64,000 nucleotides of DNA from Isurus oxyrinchus (taxonomy: Eukaryota): positions 620,001-684,000 of the forward strand of contig JANJGN010000151.1 of assembly GCA_026770705.1 (NCBI GenBank), read 5' to 3'. The notes under the pieces were generated by a model. It saw only the letters and a list, made by a program, of their open reading frames with translations, was not told where the DNA came from and searched no databases. Below are positions 12,946 through 25,856 of the stretch, one piece after another. A program made the position numbers and the translations under genes. Positions within the stretch are counted from its first letter, which is position 1. Each line of letters starts with the position of its first letter.

Positions 12946-14309
12946 TGTGGATCCACTTTGTCTGCCCAGATTTCAACACAGAGGCACAGTGGGTGAAGGC
13001 TGATTTCGGGCAGATCGCAAGGACCTGACCACGCCAGCAAACTAAATTGTCACCAATCGCTTTTGACTTTGCAAACTGCAACCAGCCCAAATATCGGACG
13101 TGTCGGAGAGAAACATGTCAGCCACCTGGTTAGATGCCGGAGAGTAAATAGATAGGAGGCTGCCACATTAGCCGATCTCTGCAAAATAAAAACATAAAAA
13201 AGTGAATTGATCAACGATAATAAAAAAGATTTTCCAGACAACTGTTCTTGCTGGAATTTTGGTACCGATTTGCAGGGCGACGGGGGAAAGGCAGTGATTC
13301 TGGCTTAGCTGCTCTCACGGTGGGTCGGCACAGATAAGATGGGACGAATGGTCTTCTTCTCCATCATTTTATGATTCTAACCACGATCTTGAAGTATGAC
13401 GTATCCAACTGGGAAATTCACTTGTTATCTTTATGTGACTATTCTGGCTTAAGAAGACTGGGTTGGCAAATAAAGCCATTGAAAATTTTGCATGTTTTCC
13501 TTGCATTAAGACAGGTCCATGGTGAGGGCCGGATACCCCGAGTTGAATTCTTAATGTATTTTCAAAGTACATCAATCACAGTCAGCAGTCTATCTCTGTT
13601 TCTACTTCAACAGCAGCTCTTCGTTAATGATCCTCAGAAAGTCATATCGATGGATTAAAATCTGACACTATTCACTGGGCAAGGCAAGTGGGTGAAAGGT
13701 GTGGAAGATGGTGAAAAGAATGTTAAAATATGAAGGAAAGATACAACTGAGTTCGGATTTCTGAAGAGGAGGAAATGGATATTAAAAAAAAAGGATGAAT
13801 ACAACCTGAGATGATATTCCTGAAGACGGAGAAAGGGATATGAAAATATGAAGGAAAGATGTAATGAGATGTGATTTCTGAAGCCATTCACTATATCGAG
13901 GGTGGGGACCGATGACAAAGGAGTGAAGGACAATTCAAACCCCTTTTATTTTGCTTCTCTCTGCACCACATCTTTTTCCAACCTGATTGAGAATTGTAAA
14001 GACAGTTTTTCATGCACTGTGTGTGTTAAGTTCTTGTTAATGAGTATTCCCCCTGCACCTCACCCTGGGAGCTTTGACCCGCCTGGAGCTTTCTGTCCTC
14101 TGTAACTGGCTGCACAGAGTCGATGTGACACAATCTATTTTCTCTCTATTTGCAAACCCGAAGTCTGAAAGTTATGGCTGTTTAAATATATCCTTACTTG
14201 CACAAGGATGGGCAGAATCCACCACTGAGTTTCAAACAAAATTTTAAATAAACTCCAGCAGGGGTCAGTGTTCGAAATGTTGTTTAAATTAGAGGTAGAG
14301 CTGTTTTTT

Positions 14310-14640
14310 TTATTTATTCACGGGATGTGGGCTTAGCTGGCTGGGTCAGCATTTATTATCCACCCCTAGTTGCCCTTGAGAAGGTAGTGCTAAGTTGCCT
14401 TCTTGAACTGCTGCAGTCCACGTGGTGTCGGCACACCCACAGTGCTGTTAGGAAGGATTTCCAGAATTTTGACCCAGCGACAGGTGAAGGAACGGCGATA
14501 TATTTCCAATTCTGGATGGTAAGTGACTGGGAGGGGAACTTCCAGGTGGTGGTGTTCCCATGTATTTGATGTCCTAGTCCTTCTAGATGGTAGTGGTCGT
14601 GGGTTTGGAAGTTGCTATCGAAAGAGCCTTGGTGAATTCC
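14310..14640 (-). mobile_element. LINE/SINE 3'-end fragment (related copies ~29000-29330, ~59900-60070, ~61260-61350)
   Basis: Shared motif GGATGTGGGC..GGTCAGCATTTATT..CCCTAGTTGCCCTTGAGAAGGT. Confidence 0.5.
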
Positions 14641-14864
14641 TCTAGATTTGTATCTCTAGGTTTGTTCAATTACTTGTTCAGTAACAATAAATGTCACCCT
14701 TATAATATCACGGATCTCAAAAGCGCTGAGGCAAAACACAGAATCGTCCTTAGCTCAATAGTTAACTGATGCTTGAGGGAAATCTCAGTGGAGTCACTGT
14801 TCTGACTGTCCTTCTGGTCAGGTCAGCTTTCTGTTTCCTGGTTACAATAATAAGCCACGGTTCG

Positions 14865-15215
14865 CCGGTATCTAAAGCTGAACCTATCCCCCAAAAGGAC
14901 ACTAAGTATCACCCAGCTCTGGGTATTTAAATTCACTGGCACGCAGAACACCACCCTCGGTCTCTAAAGCTGAGCCATTTCCCCTATAAACACACTGACC
15001 GTGGTCCACCTCAGGGTGTTTACATTCACTGACAGCCAGAGCATCGCCCTTGGTCTCTAAAGCTGAATCATTCCCCCTATAGGGACCCTGACCGTATTCA
15101 AGCTCTGGGTGTTTATAGTCTCTGACAGCCAGAACACCACCCTTGGTCCCTAAAGCTGAGCAATTCCCCCCATAAAAACTCTTACCATAGACCAGGTCGG
15201 TGCTTTACATTCAGT
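14865..15215. repeat. Minisatellite, ~4 units of ~93 bp
   Basis: CTAAAGCTGA..CCCC..TTTA(C)ATTCACTG..CAGAACACCACCCT recurs at ~14871, ~14963, ~15056 and ~15149. Confidence 0.8.
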
Positions 15216-15373
15216 GAGGACCAACTCGCCACCTACCACTCTCACAGAACGACTGTGGACCGAAGGAAGTGAGATGAGAACATCCTGAGACACGAAAGCA
15301 GTTTATTGAGGTTTGGGTTTAAAACGGCTGTCGTCAAATATCCAACTCCCCTTTCACAGAACGGACAGCGACA

Positions 15374-15828
15374 ATGCGGCTGCTCAGCACCTGGGTTGTG
15401 TGGGGAACATTTCTGACAGGTATTTGTGGAAGACACATATTTCGTCTCTATTTTTCTAATTTCCCACACACCTTTTAAATGATCTGATTTTTGTTTTCTG
15501 TTTCAGTATGTTGTTCAGATCAAATTCATGGAAATTCTGCACGAGCCGCTGTCCTCAGGTGCCAGGGCAGAAGGAGAAGCGGTGACTTTAACCTGCAGCT
15601 ATCCTACGACACAAAGCAGCTATTGGCTATACTGGTGCAAGCAACATCTAGGCGCCCAGCTCCAGTTTTTATTGCTGAAATCTACGAACTGTGAATCTCT
15701 TAAGAAAAAAGAGATTTTGCCCAAATCCGTGTCTCAGTGAAACTCCAGACCTCCACGAAATTCACTAGTTTAACCATCTCGGCTCTGCAGCTGCCTGACG
15801 CTGCCTTGTATTGCTGCTCTCTCAGACT
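15374..15828 (+). pseudogene. TCR V pseudogene, inverted paralog of the 31144-31606 segment
   Basis: Leader MRLLSTWVVWGTFLT (15374-15419). V reads ..EGEAVTLTCSYPTTQSSYWLYWCKQH..LTISALQLPDAALYCCSLR with frameshifts; heptamer CATAGCG. Confidence 0.9.
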
Positions 15829-16055
15829 CATAGCGAAGAAAAACAGTCTCACACCTGTGTATAAAACTCTCTTTGAATTGTGACTCAGAGCTCCTGTCTA
15901 TTTGGGTTTATGTGTAGAATCTCGGGCAGATGCAACCACAATGTTCAGCGATGCTGTCAGCCGCTCAAGCACACATCGAAAGGAAACCACATTCACCTCG
16001 CATCAAACTGTCACCCAACAGTTTCCAGCAGTGACCGAGAGAACAAACTGCAGAT

Positions 16056-16837
16056 TGAGGATTTCTGCTGAGTAACAGAATCTCCATCGCTCAGATCTGG
16101 AACACACGGTTAAAGGAAGCAGAATTTAGCGATTAAAAACTCAACTGAAATGAACTAACAGTGAAATTTCACAAACAATGCTACATAAAATGTTATACAA
16201 TCTACAACACCGAAAATTACACCTTACTCAATATTTCGATGTTTACACTTCCAACGACCCTATCCCTCTTTATCTCACTCACTCAGCATATCCTCCTAGT
16301 CCATTCACCTTCCTTGTCCCTTTAAATGCATCAGTTCGCCTTATCCCCTGCTGGTGATAGTGATTTACATATTCCATCCCATCTCTGGATAAATAAATTT
16401 CTCATGAGCTCCATGTCGGATCTTTTAATCATTCATAAATATATCCCACAGTTTTGAATTAAGTACAAGTGGAAACATTTCCATGTCTGCCCCTTCATCA
16501 TCATTAAAATAATTCTGTTTGGTTACCCCTCTTTCTTCTCTTTACCATAGGAAAGAAGGTCAGTCTGTGCAGCGTTTTCTTCACCTCTCAAATCTGGCAT
16601 CATCGCTGTAATGCCTTGTTGCATTGTGTCTATGCCGCTTTATATTCCTCTTGTAAGGAAGAGGCCAGAATTGCTCACAATAGGTCATGTGTGCTCTAAC
16701 CAAGACCTGCTGCATTTTTAACATGTACAGTCTTATTTTTAAATTCATTCCTCAGAAAATTAAGCCCTTTTAAAGGTGCTAAACTTCTTACAGATAGTGA
16801 ATGTCAACCAGGTGACAGCGAGAACGAAGACCCACAT
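16056..16837 (-). pseudogene. Truncated V (leader 16792-16837, intron, first ~40 nt of V exon), paralog of the first V
   Basis: Leader MWVFVLAVTWLTFTI. Exon start LSDGDSVTQQKSS matches 610-651, then homology stops abruptly. Confidence 0.85.
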
Positions 16838-17637
16838 TGCTGCTGCTCCCGGAATTCAAGGGAGTTTTTGTCTCTCAGAATCCTGCAGAGTATGGAACCA
16901 GAATAATCTGACAGCATTGGCTGAGACTGGTCTGGTGTCACGTCCTGCAGAACATACGATGATGAAGATGAGATCACTGGATCTGATTGGCCTCATGTCA
17001 TTTCGGTAACCACATTGGGAAAGTTCTTATTGCAGAGAACTGAGGTATTAACGTCGCATTCGGCTGATCAGAGAGAAAGATGGATAAGTATACACAGCTT
17101 GATCTCTAATTGATCTGAGAGATAGTGTGAACTTGAATGAGCTGGTATGCAGGTCTTCTCAAAGAAAGAAATACAGGGTGTGAAAGTCGATGGAGATTTT
17201 CAGTTATTTCACTCGTTATCACAACTTAGATTGAGCTTGTTGACTGTGATGAAGTCGGATTTGATCGACATTCTACTGTGTTCACACAACGAGTAGATCT
17301 TAACTTGTAATTCTGTGTTAGTGGCACACTGAAGACAGGGTGAAAATTCCCGGACAATGAATAGGATAAACTTCCTATGTATCAGACATTATCGGGCCAG
17401 GTTACCAAAAAAACCTGCACAAGGTTTCTCCTGCTGAATTAATAGAGTGAATAAATGCTTATCCGACTCACCTACTCAGAGTTTATGGGAGTTGTCTTGA
17501 GGCCACATTGTCTGTTGGCTTTACTTGGAGAAAAACTTGCATTCCCTATATATCACCAAACAGTCTGCTACTCAATTCACTTAGAAATATTGCGGCAGTG
17601 TTTTTGTAGGAGTCTTCCCCTCGTTCTTGTCACTGTG

Positions 17638-18140
17638 TCTCTCAGCCCGCAGTAATACACCGCGCTGTCAGACAGCCGCAGGTCACGGATGGTGAAATTC
17701 CCCTCACTTTTGGAAGTGCCGAGAGATGCAGAAAATCGAGCCCCCACGCCCTCTGCTCTGAAAATATTTCCGTATTTCGGGATGTAGATCAAGAATGTAG
17801 GGGCCTTACCCCGGTCATGACGGTACAGCTGTAAGTAAGGTGCATCAGCAGTGGTCGAATAGCTGTAATGAATGGTCACCGAGTCTCCTTCAAATTGCAT
17901 CGCTGTATCTGGTTCCTGTGAGACCGAGCCTGCACCACTAACACCTGCAGCAATTAAAAATAAAGAGCTTTAAGGTTTTATTACTTCAGCCCAGTTTATC
18001 ATGTTGAGTGAGGGATTCTGAATAGAAATAAAACTGAATTGAAACAATGATACCTGCAATAGGAAGATTGTGTAACGTGCGGACTTACCGGGTAAGAGAG
18101 CTGCAGCTGTGAGAAAAGAATAGTAGGTAAAACCCAACAT
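17638..18140 (-). CDS. TCR V gene segment, open frame, lacking the first conserved Cys and the core Trp (leader 18089-18140, V exon 17638-17944)
   Basis: MLGFTYYSFLTAAALLP|GVSGAGSVSQEPDTAMQFEGDSVTIHYSYSTTADAPYLQLYRHDRGKAPTFLIYIPKYGNIFRAEGVGARFSASLGTSKSEGNFTIRDLRLSDSAVYYCGLR. RSS CACAGTG-23-ACAAAAACA at 17599-17637. Confidence 0.92.
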
Positions 18141-18219
18141 ATTTCCAGCGAGCTGATGGCGGATTGAAACAGAACGGGTTGAATCTGTCAATGCTTCAGT
18201 GAAGGGTTGGGAAATTTTC

Positions 18220-18283
18220 ATTTATATCCAGTCTCTTCAGCCATTGGTTAATTCCTGAAAGTCTCCACAAGTGACGTCCAATC
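18220..18283 (-). promoter_or_regulatory. V promoter: TATA-like (ATATAAA) and CRE/CCAAT (TGACGTCCAATC on the + strand)
   Basis: 80-140 bp upstream of the leader ATG at 18140. Confidence 0.5.
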
Positions 18284-18729
18284 AGCTTCACGATATATTG
18301 ATCTCCAACGGATTGCGTCAGCAAATAATGATGCAGCAAATCAGCGAAGCCGTTTTCGCCTCCAAGGGGGCTGAACCAAGGATTCAACTGAATGTTGGGT
18401 CTCTAGCAGAGTCAGTGTGTGACGTGGTGACAGTGAGGGAGAATAGTTAATGATGTCCTTAATGTTGTCCACCAATGCCGGAGGCTCGTATTAAAAGAGT
18501 TGCTCACTGACCGTAGGAACCGCGCACATCTGATATTAAGAGGAATACTAAACAGAATGACAATAATAGAGTCTGCAACAGAGACATGTGCCATTTCGCC
18601 AAACTAGTCTTTAGTTTGGTTTCTGTTCAGCTACCAGCTAACAATTCAGTTCCCAAAATTGATTCAGTGAGAGGAAGTGAGAGTCCTTTGCCGGTTTTTG
18701 TTCGGCCTGACAGCGCCTCTGTAACAGTG

Positions 18730-19165
18730 AGGCTCAGTGCACGGTAATGCACGGCAGTCAGGGACTAGAGATCAGGGAACTGTTGAGAGAGCATGTTTTT
18801 TTTTACTTTATCCAAAACAGCGGAGAACCAGTCGAGGAAATCTAGAGCCTTCACCCCCTGACCCTTGCCGATCTCTTCAGTAAACATCGCGGATCTCCTC
18901 AGGGATATTGAATGTACCAGTAGAGATAGGAATAGCTACAGGACGTGGAGTACCTGAACTTAATATCAGAGTCTGTCCTTCTTGAACCGTTAGTTTAGGC
19001 GGTTCCTTAGGCATTAAATCTCGGTCACTCGTTCCTGTAACAAAAAGTGTCAGAATTCTGCGAGTAAATATAACCATTGGAACACAAACTCGTCGTTTAA
19101 ACATAGACTCACCAGGCAGCCATGACTATTCTTAAAAGCAGGAAATATGGTTTAAACAATGCTAG
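18730..19165 (-). pseudogene. TCR V pseudogene (family of the 3387-3740 relic)
   Basis: ..KEPPKLTVQEGQTLIL..SYSYLYWYIQYP..DWFSAVLDK..TAVHYRALS; RSS relic CACTGTT-21-ACAAAAACC at 18693-18729. Confidence 0.75.
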
Positions 19166-19499
19166 AGAATAACAGATTGTTCAGTATGTTGACTCTTCCG
19201 ACCTGATATCAAAGAGTAAATTCAGAGAAGGTGTTTATTCCACTCATTCTGAGAATGCGGGGCTTTTCTCTTTCATAGGATTGGCTAGTCTCTTAGAGCT
19301 GCCTACAAATGAATGCCAACCGCTGCTAGTTGCTGGCCAATTATTGCTGCCTCTAGTCCAACCATTTTCTTGTCTAGCTGTGTGAGTGAGACTCTCTGAC
19401 TGCCCGTTTGACTCTCCCTCTGTCTGTCTCTATCGATGGCTCGACATCAGTCCATCTCTTTAACTTTGCCTCTGTCTTTCTTTGACTTTATACTTGCAG

Positions 19500-19561
19500 C
19501 TCTCTCTCTCTCCCTTCCTTCCGCTCTACACGCCACCCCCCCCCCCCCCCCCCCCGCCACC

Positions 19562-19592
<31 letters not shown>

Positions 19593-19610
19593 ACGCACAC
19601 ACACAACTGG
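19500..19610. repeat. poly-C / (CA)n / (CT)n low-complexity tract
   Basis: Read directly. Confidence 0.9.
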
Positions 19611-20644
19611 TCTCTCTCTTTGTCTCTGACACGGGCTTTCTGTTTATCTCTACCGGTCTCCCGTTTTCTCTCACTCCCTGTCTCTGTGTTTCTGGTGTGC
19701 TGTCACTCACTTTGTCTCACCAGGTTCCTTTCTCTCTCCTTCTCTCACGGTATATTTCTTCCAATGTTTCTCCTTTCATCTCCGCCTCACTCAATCTTTA
19801 AAACATCGACTGAATTCTTTACATCTCATCCAAAAATTCACTCGTACAGAAATTGACTGTGACATTCATTCAGAAATCTGCAGGTCTCTGCTAACACTGC
19901 GGCTTGAAATATCCCAATTTGACCCTTACGTAAAATGATTGAGAAATTTCATTTTTCCTGACACTGAAAGCAGTGATTACAGATGGAGAACCCCGATCGG
20001 GTCAGGATGTATTTCCCCTTTTACTTTCTATGTAAATTCCCGGGCACTCTTTTGATCCCACTCCTGGTTTTGGCTGGGACACTGAATCCCCGTTACTGAT
20101 CTCTGATAATAAACAGGCAGCACACGCTGGGTTTGGCGAAACAACACCCGGGGTGGAATTGGGAAATTTTAGAACGATGGGAGGATATTGTAGGAAGGTC
20201 CCAATATCACTGACCGGTGATGAGGAATTTGATTGAAGCCAGGCAAAGTTTCACCTCCATTGTTCCAGTCTGCACTCAAGAATCAAAACTTTTGATCGCT
20301 AGGGAATAGAAACTAAAACGTCGTGGAGATCCGAGCGGGTCAGCTGGGATGTCTGCCCCATTTGTATTTCTCGGAACAAGCACTTCCTGCAGCTGGGGTT
20401 CATGATCACCGTCATTAACAAGTGATCAGAGAGCGCCCTCTGGTGGACAACACAAACCTCACCTGGAAATCTGCCCAGATGCAGACAGATAAACAGACAT
20501 TTGCAGACAAGTGTACACAAGCAGATAGCCACAGTCGATCACCACACAAGAGGTTGTCATTTTTCTATTTTAGTCAAATTGCAGAAACCACTGAAGCGCA
20601 ATTTGATTCACATCATCACTAGAGACCCATTCGTCATTTTTGAT

Positions 20645-21890
20645 CCACTGTAATCCAGAGACCCAGAGTAATGCCTTGGGTTCGAATCCCGCCACGGCAG
20701 GTGTTGGAATTTTAATGCAATAAAAATCTGGAATTAAAAGTCTGATGATGGCAATGAATCACTTGTTGATTGTTGTAATAACCCATCCGGTCCACTAAAG
20801 CCTTTTAGGTAAGGAAATTTGTCGTTCTTACCTGGTCTGGCCTACATGTGACTCCAGACCCACAGCCATGTGGTTGACTCAAATGCCCCCTGAGATGGCC
20901 GAGCAAGCCATTTAGTTATGAACAAGGTCACAAAGTCACAATAAAAGGAATGAAACCAGACGAACCTCCCAGCATCGACTTAAACACCGGAAACAACAAC
21001 ACAAACTCGGTCCTGTCAACCCTGCAAAATCCTCCTTATTGATATATCGGGTCCGTGCCAAAATTGGGAGAGCTGTCTCAAGGTCTTGTCAAGCATCACC
21101 TGACATAGGCTGATCATCCGCATGGAATCATACCTTGCAGATAATGTCCCAGACACCAAAACTACTGGCAGGAAAGGCCCAGCAGAGGTGGGGGCACAGT
21201 TGTATACAGTCGAGAGTTACCCTGGGAACCCTTAGCATTGACTCCGGGACACATGAAGTCTCGTGGCATCAGTTTAATCATGAGCCAAGGAAACATCCTG
21301 TTGATTACCATGTACCACTCTCCCTCAGATGATGAATCAGTACTCCTCCATGTTGAACACCACTTGGAGGAAGCACCGGAGGGTGGCAAGGGCACAGAAT
21401 GTACTCTCGGTGAAGTACTTCAATGTCCATCACCAAGAATGGCTCGGTAGCACTACTACTGAATGCGCTGGACGAGTCCTAAATGATGTAGCATCTAGAC
21501 TGGGTCTGCAGCAGGTGGTGAGGGAACCAACAGGAGGGAAAAACTTTCTTCACCTCATCCTCACCAATCTGCCTGCTGCAGATGCATGTGTCCATGACAG
21601 TATTGGTAAGAGTGACCACCTCACAGTCATTGTGGAGACGAAGTCCCGCCTTTACATTGAGGATACCATCCATCGTGTTGTGTAACACTACCACCGTGAA
21701 CAGATCTTGCAACTCAAGACAGAGCATCCATGAGGCTAAGTGGGCTATCAGCTGGAGCAGAATTGTACTCAAAAACAATTTGTAACCCCACGGCCCCGTA
21801 TATCCCCCAATCTACCAGTATCATCAAGCCAGGGATCAACCCTGGTTCAATGAAGAGGGAGGACATACCAGGCGCAGCACCAGGCTGCCC
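20645..21890 (+). mobile_element. Non-LTR retrotransposon 5' part with a decayed AP-endonuclease domain
   Basis: ORF pieces LLITMYHSPS, NVLSVKYFNVHHQEWLGS (GDFN-box relic), LQQVVREPT, LHLILTN and IGKSDHLTVIV (SDH motif). Confidence 0.8.
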
Positions 21891-22039
21891 TATGTAGATA
21901 GATAGATAGATCAGTTTATATTGCCTAAATTCACGGGCACTTTATTTAATTCTGCTTCCAATATCATTAAGTTGATTTTATTGTTGTTTTGGCAGTTGCT
22001 CTTTGTCACTCGGATATATTTCAGATATTGATATATCGG

Positions 22040-22209
22040 AGGGCTTTCAGGCCAGAAATTTGGTTCTTGTACTGACCATTCCTCAGTCAAGCTCCCGAGT
22101 GTCTTACCTTCACATATTGAGACGAAAGAATTGAGGGAAGATTTAAAGTATCTGAGGACCGTGAGAAAGTCTCCACCACTCTCACTGTTAACACGGTTCA
22201 GCTGTCAGA
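22040..22209 (+). pseudogene. TCR V relic cut by an assembly gap
   Basis: WFLY*PFLSQAPECLTFTY*DERIEGRFKVSEDREKVSTTLTVNTVQLS(D), then the N run. Confidence 0.6.
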
Positions 22210-22349
22210 NNNNNNNNNNNNNNNNNNNNNNNNNNNNNNNNNNNNNNNNNNNNNNNNNNNNNNNNNNNNNNNNNNNNNNNNNNNNNNNNNNNNNNNNNNN
22301 NNNNNNNNNNNNNNNNNNNNNNNNNNNNNNNNNNNNNNNNNNNNNNNNN
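22210..22349. other. Assembly gap (further gaps at 23234-23413 and 25054-25366)
   Basis: Runs of N. Confidence 0.99.
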
Positions 22350-23939
22350 CATCGCCCTTCATTCATGGACCTGTTCAATTGTGATTTGTGTCCGCCTTTG
22401 ATGATTAGGGAAGTAGGAAGACTGATCCGTATTTACGACATTTCAATCCAACCTTATAATAGTGGAATTATTAACATCAATGGAAATGAGCATGTACTGT
22501 GTCAAGCAATTGGACACACAAGAAGACTGAGCCAAATAATCTCACAATTTCTGCTAAAGACCAACGGCTGAAAATGGAAAATAATAAACAGGCAAGTTAT
22601 GCTAGTAATAAAATAAAAGTAACAGCATTCATAATATTCTTGCGTAATAATACTTCAGCAAAATCATGTAGCAATATTCGAGTAGAAATTAAGAATCATT
22701 GTTTTCCGTAGGTTACCACTGGATGTCGCTACAGCACTTCAGCTTTGACTAAACCTTGCAGAACTGTCAGTTTGCTGGTGTCACAGCTCGCAGATGGAGA
22801 TTACAGGAAACAACCTTGTTCCGTGACACTTCACTTCATAAAATTCAGGGCAAGAGTTTGTACATAAGTTGCAGGTGTTGTGGCTAAGATGAAATAGACA
22901 ATGAACTTTGGCCCAATGGCACCAGGTAGTCAGAAGAAAAAGGCGAGCAATTTCTTAATCTAAATTGTTGAAATATGTTGATCATTTTGTGGCATAATGA
23001 ATTGTTATTATTGACCACAAATCTATTATTGATCACAAGTGATTGTACATTGCCGCCTTCTTCTGTTTAAATAACATTTCCTGCATTACAATATCAAATG
23101 TATCTGAGATTTTCTTGAGACTTAGCGCTTTCTGAGATCCGGAGGACTTAATGTTTGGGTGAAAAATTGGGGTGAATCTTTTAACAATCTCTTAGTGTGC
23201 ACTACCAATTCTTTGTATGTGTGTGCGTGTGTGNNNNNNNNNNNNNNNNNNNNNNNNNNNNNNNNNNNNNNNNNNNNNNNNNNNNNNNNNNNNNNNNNNN
23301 NNNNNNNNNNNNNNNNNNNNNNNNNNNNNNNNNNNNNNNNNNNNNNNNNNNNNNNNNNNNNNNNNNNNNNNNNNNNNNNNNNNNNNNNNNNNNNNNNNNN
23401 NNNNNNNNNNNNNATGTGTTCCATTACGCAGGTTTGATTATTTTGTATGTAGAGTACATGTGTGTACAAAGTACGAAACACATCATCCTGAATGTTTGCA
23501 AAAGCATGTAACTTGTAGTATCACAGTGGGCCCTGCCTTATTTCATACTATGCATGGCAATGCCTTGGTTTACCATTCACACAATCCGTTTTCAATTATT
23601 ATTTTACTTGAGTGTGTCTCTTGCATTATATAAATGCAAGTCCCTTTCTCAGTTTTCAGTGCATGATGTCCACTTTTATATTTGATTAGTTCCTATCTCT
23701 GTTATTGACTTATCAGATCTTGTCCCTATTACATTAAACCACATCAGCTTTGCTGAGATTAGATCTTATCCTGTCATTATGTCAGGACATATTTGGCTCA
23801 TTTAATGTTGCGCTGGACAATTTTTTAGTTTCTATTACACTAGGTCTCTCCATGTCGCTGCTTACATTACACTAGACCTTGTCATTGTCATTCTGTGTTT
23901 CAAACCTCCCAAAGCCATCCATACTCTCTCGCCAAGCAT

Positions 23940-24490
23940 ATGAAAATACGACCATGGGACTTAGGAGCAGGAGTAGGCCGTTCAGCCCTTGGAGATTAAT
24001 CCACCATTCTATCCATTCCATAGCTGATCTGTTTGTGGCCTCAAAATTACTTTCCCATCTGCCCCTTTAGACATTAGTCTATCAAAAATCCGTCTAACTC
24101 ATGGCATTAGCAGAACATAACTCCCCATTGAATACATTAATCGCTCAGCCTCCACAGCTTTCTTGGGAGGAGAATTTGACATATTAACGACCCTCTGAGA
24201 GAAGAACAAATCTCCTCATCTTAGTCTTAAAGGTAAGCCTTTTATTCCTAAACTCTTCCCCTTAGTTCTGGTCATTCCCACAAGTGTAAACATCCTCCCA
24301 GTATCCACCATGTAAAGGCGCACCACAGTTCCCCACAACCCCACACACCCACACGCCACTCCCACCCCCCACCACCCTCCGCCTCAGGACAATATAGCTT
24401 TCAATAAGTTCACCTCTCATTCTTCCAAAATCCAATGGCTATTGATTCAAACTATTCACGACTTCTTGATAAGTAAAGCCCCTAACCACA
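23940..24490 (-). mobile_element. CR1-like LINE 3' fragment
   Basis: Reverse-complement similarity to the CR1 tails at 46240-46790 and 52010-52890 (..GAATGGCCTACTCCTGCTCCTA-type end). Confidence 0.6.
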
Positions 24491-24934
24491 AATGGCGAAG
24501 AGCAGATGGATGCTTTTCAGTGATAAGAATGAGATTAGGGACCTGCCGCTGCCCAAATCTGCTGCAGCGTTTCTCATAAAACAGTTTATTCACCGAGAAA
24601 GCTGGTGCGGGTGGCCTGAGGTCGCTAATAGTGCTGATTATAACCAGAAAGCAAAGGAGAAGATCAGTTGGTCATGACGTGTATGCTGGATCTCTGTTAG
24701 TAATAGTTACTTGTTCTTAACAAAATGTCGCCTTTGTCTTTATTAAGTCAACTTTTGAAATTCACAATTCAATGTGCGTCCAGCTCCCTTAAAGGCAGCA
24801 GAATCCAGATCACAATTCACTGCTTCATAAACCACTTCCCATTCCATCAAATACTTTGTTTTAAATGTTAAGAGTAACTTTAGTGGAAATTGTGTCTGTG
24901 AAGTGGGAGGAAGAAAACAAGAAAGAGAGACTGA

Positions 24935-24942
24935 AAGAAGGA

Positions 24943-24998
<56 letters not shown>

Positions 24999-25053
24999 AT
25001 GGCAGGAAGGAAAAAATATGGAAATAAAGGAAGGAAGAAGGGAAGGAAGAAAT
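24935..25053. repeat. (GAAA)n microsatellite
   Basis: Read directly. Confidence 0.95.
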
Positions 25054-25856
25054 NNNNNNNNNNNNNNNNNNNNNNNNNNNNNNNNNNNNNNNNNNNNNNN
25101 NNNNNNNNNNNNNNNNNNNNNNNNNNNNNNNNNNNNNNNNNNNNNNNNNNNNNNNNNNNNNNNNNNNNNNNNNNNNNNNNNNNNNNNNNNNNNNNNNNNN
25201 NNNNNNNNNNNNNNNNNNNNNNNNNNNNNNNNNNNNNNNNNNNNNNNNNNNNNNNNNNNNNNNNNNNNNNNNNNNNNNNNNNNNNNNNNNNNNNNNNNNN
25301 NNNNNNNNNNNNNNNNNNNNNNNNNNNNNNNNNNNNNNNNNNNNNNNNNNNNNNNNNNNNNNNNNNGGTTTCCCAAAGTGCTTTCCTGCCAATCCAGTCT
25401 TCCCCCAGTGTAATGTGGGAAACACGTCAGCAAATGCGCACAGAGCAAGATTCCACAAATGTAATTGGAGAAATAATCAGGTCGCTGTTTTCAATGGTGT
25501 TAAATGAGGGACAATTATTGTAGGAAGCTGGGAAAAGCTCTTCCTGTTCATTTTTGAAATTGGGGTATTGAGATTCCATCTGAGAGGGCAGATACTCTCA
25601 GTGGTTTCGTATCTCAACCAGGAAGGCAGCAACTGCAATAGTTCAATATTCATTCAGGGCCACAGGGGCACTGCCGGCCCTGGAGTGTGGGCCTGACATC
25701 TCTCAAGTAAGAGAGTTACAGCCCAGGACTTTCTGGTTCTGGAGATAGAGAGAGAGGAAGCGAGAGAGAGAACGAGAGGGAGAAAGAGAAAGAGTGAAAG
25801 AGAAAGAAAGAGAGAGAGAGTGCTGCTACATACTGAACCACTGTGTTGGAAGTGAG

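Noticed and set aside
12950-13180. Possible Ig C-domain exon on the minus strand (QPPIYLLS..)
   Set aside because: A plausible acceptor, but multiple stops and no convincing Cys/Trp spacing.
20030-20300. Additional very decayed V relic (also suspected at ~49480-49860 and ~61680-61950)
   Set aside because: Only scattered short motifs; too degraded to call by eye.
22131-25523. Long ORFs containing X runs
   Set aside because: They span assembly gaps and (GAAA)n repeats.
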